Part shown: in pieces, positions 55,375 through 64,000 of the stretch
How positions within the stretch are numbered: position 1 is the first letter of the stretch
Layout: every line of letters begins with the position of its first letter
Assembly: GCA_964016885.1 (NCBI GenBank)
Contig: OZ024750.1
Location: 9,300,001-9,364,000 of the forward strand
Reading direction: 5' to 3'
Origin: Eledone cirrhosa
Lineage: Eukaryota
DNA: 64,000 nt
Position numbers and translations under genes: made by a program
The notes under the pieces: generated by a model
Databases searched by the model: none
What the model saw: the letters and a program-made list of their open reading frames with translations, nothing else
Told to the model about the DNA's origin: nothing

Positions 55375-55803
55375 GAAGCCCTTCCTAACACAAACCACAT
55401 TTACATGTGCTTTTTGTTGTGACACCTATACGAGCACTTAACAGTGTGAACTGGGCGCCTTTTGTTGTGACACCTACACGACCACTTTACAGTGTGGACT
55501 GGGTGCTTTTTATCGTGACACCTACATGATCACTTTACAGTGAGGACTGGGTGCTTTTTGTCATGACACCTACATAACCACTTTACAGTGTGGACAAGGT
55601 GCTTTGTGTCGTGACACCTACACGACCACTTTACAGTGAGGACTGGGTGTGTTTTATCATGGCACCAAAAAAGCCAGCTGACAGGCTGGACTGTGTACTT
55701 TTACAATATATCACTAGCACAACCACTTTACAGGGTAGACTGGGTGCTTTTTTGTAATGTCACAAACATGACCACATTACTGGCTGGACAGGGTGCTTTT
55801 TGT
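55375..55803 (-). repeat. Minisatellite of the RTE 3' UTR subrepeat (8-9 units)
   Basis: Same unit as 49915-50212. Confidence 0.85.
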
Positions 55804-56209
55804 CAGCAATTAATAGATTAGCGAAATCATCAGAGTGTCTAACAAAATGTCTTTCATGTCAGTAATGCACTGGAATAATTGCTAGCCTTGTGCCAAAAGT
55901 AGAAATAATTATTATATGTGGTCGTTTATGTCTAAAAGTGAAATACTGTCAAGGTAAACTTTACATTTCGTCCTTTGAGTCAGTAAGACAAAATATTTGT
56001 GAAAGACCAAAATTTGTTGATGTACCTACAAAACAACCTTAATATGAATGGAATTATAATAGGAGAAGAAAGTGAATGAGAATGAAAAAAAGAAGAAGAC
56101 TGTTCTAAATACTTCGAACAACAGTAAATAACAGATGTCTTAGATTTCAATTATCAAAGATGTCAGTGACTACTTCACAAATTGTACTTGTTTTAATTAG
56201 AAGACACAC

Positions 56210-56248
<39 letters not shown>

Positions 56249-56304
56249 AATATATACATGTATATGTATATACATGTATATATGTATATTTATATATATA
56301 TATT

Positions 56305-56361
<57 letters not shown>

Positions 56362-56362
56362 T

Positions 56363-56417
<55 letters not shown>

Positions 56418-56420
56418 ATT

Positions 56421-56452
<32 letters not shown>

Positions 56453-56643
56453 TTATATATATATATATTTACATATATATATATTTACTGCTTAAACTTT
56501 AATCTGTTATTTTAATAAATATATATACATATATATATATATATATGTATATATGTATATATATATGTATATATATACATGTATATATGTATATATATAT
56601 ATGTATATATATATATGTATATATATATATGTATATATATATG

Positions 56644-56674
<31 letters not shown>

Positions 56675-56681
56675 GTATATA

Positions 56682-56713
<32 letters not shown>

Positions 56714-56736
56714 CACATGTATATATATACATATAC

Positions 56737-56769
<33 letters not shown>

Positions 56770-56819
56770 CACATGTATATATATATATATATATACATGT
56801 ATATATATATATATATATA

Positions 56820-56884
<65 letters not shown>

Positions 56885-57228
56885 GGAGGCACATGGCTTA
56901 GTAGTTAGAGCATTGGGCTTGCAATCAAAAGGTTGTGAGTTCAATTCTCAAACCGGGTGTGATGTGTTGTTTCCTTGAGCAATACACTTTATTTCACATT
57001 GCTCCAGTTTACTCAGCTGTAGAAATGAGATGATGGGGACTGGGGTCCATATCATTCCACTGCAAAGTGGCCGTGGAGGTGCCACGGCAAAAAAGCACCC
57101 AGCCCTGACAGTAAATGAAGTTGGTGTTAGGAAGGGCATCCAGCTGTAGAAATCAAGCCAGAATCAGTTCCCGTCCCACCCTTGCAAGCAGGGAAAAGTG
57201 GACGTAAAATGATGATAATGATGATGAT
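56885..57228 (+). mobile_element. Full-length composite SINE S2
   Basis: A-box TGGCTTAGTAG, B-box GAGTTCAATTC, CORE-like CCTTGAGCAATACACTTTATTTCAC, TGGTGTTAGGAAGGGCATCC motif, RTE 3' terminus and (GAT)n. Confidence 0.9.
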
Positions 57229-57608
57229 ATATATATATATATATATATGATTCTTATTATTTTTATTAAATTTCCTGAAAATCTTAACACTACCATAGAT
57301 TGTATACTATTCTCATCTAGAAGAAAAGAGACTGGGAAATGTTTCCTTGAAGTGGTCATTTAGATGTGAGGCTTTTCAGGAATGTTTTTCTTCCAAGAAT
57401 GCTTTCATAGTATATTTGGTTTCTCCTGAAACAGTATCACTACTATGTTCCGTAATCAATATCTGCTCAGAGTAGCAGCAGATATTGCTGTTCAATATAA
57501 ATTGAGAGATAGTGCAACATTTTATATAGGAGTGAGAGATGGATAGAAATAAAGAGAGAGAGAAAGAGTGATAGGCAGATAGAGAGAGAGAGTGGTGGAG
57601 AGAGAGTG

Positions 57609-57644
<36 letters not shown>

Positions 57645-57844
57645 TGATAGGCAGATAGAGAGACAGACAGTGATGGAGAGAGAGTGATATATATATAGAG
57701 AGAGAGAGTGATAGGCAGATAGAGAGACAGACAGTGATGGAGAGAGAGTGATATATATATATAGAGAGAGAGAGTGATATATATATATAGAGAGAGAGAG
57801 TGAGTGGTAAAAAGATAGATAGATGGGTGGCTATATAGATAGAT

Positions 57845-58665
57845 ATGTTTCTTTATTAGCCACAGGGGCACAAAAGAAGAGGACAAATACAAAGGGGGAA
57901 GTTTACATACAACTTGCTGGGGTACAGCACCTCTCTCTCCATCCTGATTCTTCTTCCAAAGTGGTATTTGAAAAAAAGAATCAGTTGTTGGCCGGAGAGA
58001 AAGGTGTCTGACCTCAGCCCTTTCAACCTTGTCCACTATACAACCTCTTTCGCCATAGCTATCACACAAAGAAAAACCGCCTCTCCTTCGTTTTTGAAGG
58101 AGGGTGGCAGTTTGATCATGACAATGGACTTGGTGGTCAACCGGATTGGTCCCACCCACGACAATAGTCGTTCTACAGAGCCCCACAGGTCGGTAACGCC
58201 TGGGCAGTGTATGAATGCGTGCGTGACGGTTTCTTCGTCTCGCACGCATCTCGGACAGATCTTTTTTGCAGGGTCTCTGCCCGGGCGCCCATGTCTGTAG
58301 AGCTTGTCTCAAACTGGTAGAGCTCCTCGGTAGCACTGCCAGGCCAGGGACTTTTAGAAATTGTCCATCGGTCCCGGACGGAAGGTCCTACCGAACAGAC
58401 TGGCCAGTTCGTCCTCCTCTACGCCTAGAGTTTCACCGAGCGTGTCGTCGCACTTGCTGCGGATCAACCCTCTATAGAATGACGAAGTGGAGTCTCCACT
58501 GATCGCCGGGTCCGCCTGCCAGAGGGCTGTGAGCGCCTGAGCACATTCGATGTGCCAGTCGCCCATTTTCCTCGGTCTTTGCTTGACCCAGGACTGCAGC
58601 TCAGTCAGCGAGACGAGTCATGGGAAGGCTTGCCTCACAAACGGGGCCCACGCCGGCTGTCCGGT
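57845..58665 (-). mobile_element. Tx1/L1-clade LINE 3' fragment (decayed ORF2 C-terminus with CCHC zinc knuckle)
   Basis: - strand: LAWQCYRGALPV...CPRCVRDEETVTHAFIHCP...LW...AKEVV.WTR with in-frame stops; terminus CCCTGTGGCTAATAAAGAAA; (GATA)n context. Confidence 0.88.
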
Positions 58666-59419
58666 GAGGAATAGAGAGGTAGATAGAAATATATATAGAG
58701 ATAGATAGATAAATAGATAGATAGATAGAGAGGTAGATAGAAATATAGAGAGATAGATAAATAGATAGCGAGATAAATAGATAGATAGATAAATAGATAT
58801 CTTTCTTTATTTTCCACAGGGGCGTACAAAATGGAACATTACAAGACGTGATGGCGGAGGTTTTACATGAAATCGTATAAAGTTTAACATTAGATTGATA
58901 GATAGAGAGTTAGATAGATAGATAATTAAATAGTTGATGGATGGCTAGATAGATAGATGGTGATATAGATAGATAGCTAGATTGATAGATGGATGGCTAG
59001 ATAGATAGATGGTGATATAGATAGATAGCTACATTGATAGATGGATGGCTAGATAGATAAATAGATAAAAGTGGACATGCTGTTAGACAGACAAATATAT
59101 AGAGAACCAAAGTGATGGATGTCTGTAGCAGATCATTATCGGTTGGCATTTTGATTAAATCCTGCATTAAGGGAGTTTTTATAAAGAAACAAGGAACTAG
59201 AATGACAGGTTTTTATAGCCATTTTATGTTGATATAAATGAAGCTTGCTTTGCTACTATGCTTTGCTACTATGGAGTTATGGGTTTGATCTCATTCCATG
59301 GTACTTTGGAGAAGTGTATCTTCTGGCATAGCTGCAGACTGTAAGAGCAATTTGGTGGATGGAAACTGTGCAGAAACCTGTAATATGCATAACTAATAAC
59401 TTTTACTGTTTCACAGTTA

Positions 59420-59805
59420 AATAATTGTTTCTACTTTTGGCACAAGGCCAGCAATTATCCCAGTGTATTACTGGTGCTTTATTTTATCGACCCCGAAAGG
59501 ATGAAAGGCAAAGTTAATCTTGGCGGGATTTGAACTCAGACCATAAAGGGCCGTAACTCTTTGTTGCAAAGCATGGCGTCCAACCCTCTACCGATACTGC
59601 CAATCTACCTAAATAATGGTTTCTGATTTAGGCAGAAGGCTAACAATTTTTTTTTGTGGGGCGGGGGGAAGTCGTTGAAATCGACCCCAGTGCATTACTG
59701 ATACTTTATTTTATCAACCCCATAATGATGAAAGGCAAAGCTAACACAAAGGGATGTAACTATATACCGTAAAGCATGTTGTCTGATGCTCTACTGATTC
59801 TCCCT
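59420..59805 (-). mobile_element. Two tandem S1-type SINEs
   Basis: Two tail-core-head sets. Confidence 0.8.
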
Positions 59806-60358
59806 TCCACAGTTAAATAATAAGAGAGCATTGTCGTTTCCTTGTGGTATAATTTGCCTGCTTGTCTCATACTAAGCTGTAGCTCATGCGATGATCATCG
59901 GTTTAATTAGATGATCTTGAACACCTGAGGTTTCACAGATGATCGACAATTAATTCTACAATTGGTTGGCACCACTGCTCCAATTAGTGGCGAAATCTAT
60001 GAGTATGCAGGTGTGATGAGCCACATGTATTCTAGCAATTAGAAAAAAAAGCAAAATGAAAGCTTCACCTTCAATGGAGGGATGTCTCAAGAAGGAGAAG
60101 AAGATAATTATTTGTAATTAGCATTTTGATGCAAATTTCATTAAATATACTAATACTAGTTTAACTATTGATTTTTTGTTTTGTATGTGTGTGGGAATGG
60201 AATCTTTGAGAAATTTCTTTGGTTGATTTATTATTTTAACCCTTTTGATACCAAACCATCTGATACCATCTCCAGTTCTGTGATGGAAAACTGTTGTAAT
60301 GTTTACATGAATGGGTCATGGTCCTGTGACTCCTGAAGAAGACATAGGGATGCCATAT

Positions 60359-60394
<36 letters not shown>

Positions 60395-60398
<4 letters not shown>

Positions 60399-60535
60399 GT
60401 AGAACACTGGAAGGTAATATCTGTAGTGCTAGAGTACTCAATCCATGGGACGAGTTTGGTAGAAGTAGAAACACAACAGTTAGTTCAACATACTGGGAAC
60501 AATTGTTTCACCTTATGCGGATCTTCCGACCTGAA
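60395..60535 (-). mobile_element. Penelope-like remnant with decayed hammerhead (60495-60531)
   Basis: - strand: GGT-CGGAAGA-TCCGCATAAGGT-GAAA-CAATTG-TT-CCC; runs into (TA)n. Confidence 0.55.
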
Positions 60536-60803
60536 GTCAGCTCAAAAGTGACACAGAGGAGACTGAGGTTGGCTGGACATGCTCACCGACATCCAGAGTT
60601 GACATTGCACTCAGTGCTCCTTTGGGAGCCCCTACATGGACACACTGGAAGAGGAAGACCAAGGTTAACATATGTTGATGCCCTAAGGACAGACACTGGT
60701 CTGTTGGAGACGCAGGTCATGGCAGCGATAATGAGGGACAGAGACCGCTGGAGAGAACTCGTCCATGGATCTCGGGAATTTTACCCGCCTTAGATAGATA
60801 GAT

Positions 60804-60808
<5 letters not shown>
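60530..60808 (+). mobile_element. RTE-type LINE 3' fragment of a further family, with (TAGA)n tail
   Basis: RRLRLAGHAHRHPE...LLWEPLHGHTGRGRPRLTYVD...DRDRWR, stop at 60793. Confidence 0.88.
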
Positions 60809-60839
<31 letters not shown>

Positions 60840-61928
60840 CATTTCTAGGGCATTTTAAAACCTGGTGGAGCCCATCTCTTTTCCAGGACTGTATACAGCA
60901 GATTTCCTATAGAGAAAGATAGATAGAGTGAGAGAATGGAAGTGAGAAAGAGATATAGAGGAAGAATTGACCCCAGTACTAGACTGGTACTTTTTTTCTT
61001 TATAGACCTCGAATGGTTGAAAGGCAATGTTGACCTTGGCGAGATTTGAACTCAGAGAGCCGAAACGAAAACCATTCTATCTGACATTCTAACGTCTCTG
61101 GTGGGTCTATGGGTGGTTGATCTGCTAACTAGTTTTTTGGTTTGATTAGTCTGTTAGTTGAAAAACTTATTGGTCATTTGTTGATTAGTTGGGGATTGCA
61201 ATGTAAGCTACACAGTAACCTACAACAAAAAGCAATACATATATTATAGAATTTGACTTCCAAACCCCATTTATCCTTTCCACTGTAACCCCTTTCTCAT
61301 CCACCACATAAAAAAACATTTAGTAAAAACAAACATTAGATTCATAGTAGAATGATTTTTTTTTTTTTTATATATATATTTTTTTTCTTTTTACCCTAAA
61401 GGAAGTCGATGAGTAATGTTAGAATCTCTCCTGAAATACCATTAATACTATTAAAACTAAAACAAGAAAAATACTTAGCAAGGCAATACACACAACAAAA
61501 ACAAACTGAATTTACATTCCAGTCTATCATAAACCAGTTACATTCAATCAACAACTTCATAGTAGAGAACAATAGTAATAGAGAGAGAAAGGGCTTTGAG
61601 GAATATTATTGGAACTGCATATGTGAAATGCTAAACTAACAATCGTCTTTAAACTGTTCTATGATGGTCAAAAGCAATAAATAGAAAACAAATACTGATA
61701 TAATATAAATGTACTGTTGCTATGATATCAAATATTCAACAACATATTGTCCCACTCTGACTAACAGATATCTTGTTTATATTGCTGTAAATTATACATC
61801 ACTATACATCTCTTTTTTCCTGGCTTGTTAGCCCTCCATTTATACTTCTATCTCTCCGTCTGTCTGTCTGTCTGTCTGTCCATCTGTTTTCCTGCCTATC
61901 TATATATCTCTCTATCCAATAATCATTA

Positions 61929-62116
61929 TGGCGGATTGGCAGTATCGGTAGAGAGTCAGACACCATGCTTTGACGCATAGAGTTACGGCCCTTTCCATTC
62001 TGAGTCCAAACCCCGCCGAGGTCAACTTTGCCTTTCATCCTTACGGGGGTCGATAAAATAAAGTACCAGTAATGTACTGGGTAATTGCTGGCCTTGTGCC
62101 AAAATTTGAAACAATT
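61929..62116 (+). mobile_element. SINE family S1
   Basis: Head, core and tail visible. Confidence 0.88.
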
Positions 62117-62565
62117 GTATCTCTCCATTATCTGTCCATCTGTCTGTTTGTCTATCTGTCTCTCCATCTGTCTATCTGTTTTCCTGCCTATCTGTCCATC
62201 CAATCATCCTCCTATCTCTCCATCTATCCATCACTCCATCTGTCTGTCTGTCTGTCTATCACCATCATGGTCGCCATTTTACATCCTGATTTCTATGTTG
62301 GTATGAATCAGACAAGTTGTCCCATTCTGAGACTCAACAGGGGCAGGGGTGACTGACCACAGGGGTGACTGACCACACTTTGCTCATCTCATAAGTTTCA
62401 GTTTGGCGAGGTTTCAATGGTCAGATGTCCTTCCTAATGCAACCACTTTACAGGGTGTACTAGGTGCATTTTGTTGTGGTACTGGTACTATCACTTTCCA
62501 GTGTGTGTTTATATTTGTGTATAATTGATATATATTTTATATGTATAGATTAAACCTAATTATAG

Positions 62566-62622
<57 letters not shown>

Positions 62623-62625
<3 letters not shown>

Positions 62626-62785
62626 CAAGTTTAATATAGAAATGGCTTCTACAAGACAAGAACTGTTTCATTAAAAAAAGTTCTAGTCGTGTAGTCATTT
62701 CTATATTAAACTTGATGTTTACACTCTACTAATGTATTGAGTACCTTACTAACTGTGGTTACCCCTGATGGAACCCAGGACTTAC
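62623..62785. mobile_element. Family A fold-back element (long arm on the right)
   Basis: ATCAAGTTTAATATAGAAATG...CATTTCTATATTAAACTTGAT inverted arms, then the family A terminus; TA flanks. Confidence 0.75.
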
Positions 62786-62984
62786 ATATATATACATATA
62801 TTTAATACATTAACAGAGAAAGCTTTAAGCGATACTCAGACCAACTCCATCTCACTCAACAAACATTAGGATATACCTAAGTATAATCCCAATTAAGTGT
62901 TTGGGGTGCTAACTATACAGTATTCCGTGGATAGTTGGTTGTATTATTTTATATGAGACATAATTAAATAAATCTCTCTTTCCT

Positions 62985-63103
62985 TCCATACGATCATTTC
63001 GTTATAAGATTTCTACAAGTTGGGATAATGTCCAGGTTATGTAGAAACTTGTATATAATCCATAGATATACACACAAGCGGGCCCTTATAACTCATCAGT
63101 GGA
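62985..63103 (-). ncRNA. Type-I hammerhead with intact core and a branched stem II domain
   Basis: - strand: TCCA-CTGATGA-GTTATAAG...CTTATAAC-GAAA-TGATCG-TA-TGGA; 4-bp stem I and perfect 8-bp stem II. Confidence 0.82.
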
Positions 63104-64000
63104 TGCCCATGCAATATCGATATAAAAACTACATCGATATTAATAATTATTGATGGTCTCTGTCAGTGCTAGAAGGACAGCTAAGTTTGAAAAGCCAGTA
63201 GTCCTTTTACATATACAATGATATTAAAAAAAGCCATATTTATTCTATTCTACATATTTCAAGGGTATCAAAATTTGGTATGCTATCATCAGATAAAATA
63301 CAAAGTGTGTTTTATAAATTTTGACATAACCAAGGAGAATATACCTTAACGGTTCAAGTTATCCTTTATACTCCAGAAAACTTGTTGAGTGCTCTGAATC
63401 AGTTATAAACATTTATATTTGTTGAATTACCAACAAATTTAATACCCCTTCTGCTTATATATACATATATTAATGTGTGTGTGTGTATGTCTTCCTGTTT
63501 GTGTGTATGTGTCTCTTCCTGTTTGTATGTGTGTGTGTGTATGTGTTCCTGTTTGTATATGTGTGTATGTATGTATTCCTGTTTGTATATGTGTATATAT
63601 ATGTGTGTGTGTGTGTGTGTGAGCCAGTTAATTCATGTGAGATAAAGAAGGATTATATACCGCAACCTACCATTCTATTTGGCCAGTTCTCCAGTCAACT
63701 GTAGTAATCATCAGGCCGGAATAGAATAACTATATGTATCACATATCATTGATTATAATTATGACAGATTATAATCATTAACTGTCATGCATCAACGGAT
63801 CTTCATTTCATTTACTTTCTTTATTTAAAATTATGGTAGAGGAGGAGCAGATGATAGGGAGTTCCTTTCTATAAGAGAAGCCATACACCTAGGCTTTATT
63901 ATTAAATGCTTGAGTGATATTTTAACATTGCCCTTGAGCTGTAGATGGTCTCTCTTTTGTTTCTCAATTTCTAAATATGCTTTGAAAGCATATCCGTTTT

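Noticed and set aside
55375-55803. CRISPR-like regularly spaced repeats
   Set aside because: Head-to-tail units without unique spacers, derived from the RTE 3' UTR; eukaryotic context with no cas genes.
63690-63806. Additional hammerhead on the - strand (CTGATGA / ATGAAGA)
   Set aside because: No correctly placed GAAA or closing stems could be identified.

Overview
AT-rich, microsatellite-saturated, essentially intergenic/intronic animal DNA. The repeat families (tRNA-derived CORE-type and other SINEs, RTE, CR1 and Tx1/L1 LINE fragments, (TA)n arrays) resemble those of an octopod cephalopod; this is an inference. Almost all ORFs in the supplied track are simple-repeat artefacts. The real coding remnants are retrotransposon fragments: a 5'-truncated RTE LINE with a PHD finger inside its RT, a Tx1/L1 3' end, and several RTE/CR1 3' ends. 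There are also two weak host exon candidates and a possible retrocopy. The most striking unannotated signal is a dense set of about 15 type-I hammerhead-ribozyme motifs, intact or decayed, from many unrelated short element families. Most have the minimal palindromic stem III known from Penelope-like elements. Most sit in or beside (TA)n arrays, and several form tail-to-tail fold-back palindromes whose short arm ends in a TA microhomology. No Penelope RT/GIY-YIG ORF is visible. All structures were read by eye; nothing was computed or searched.
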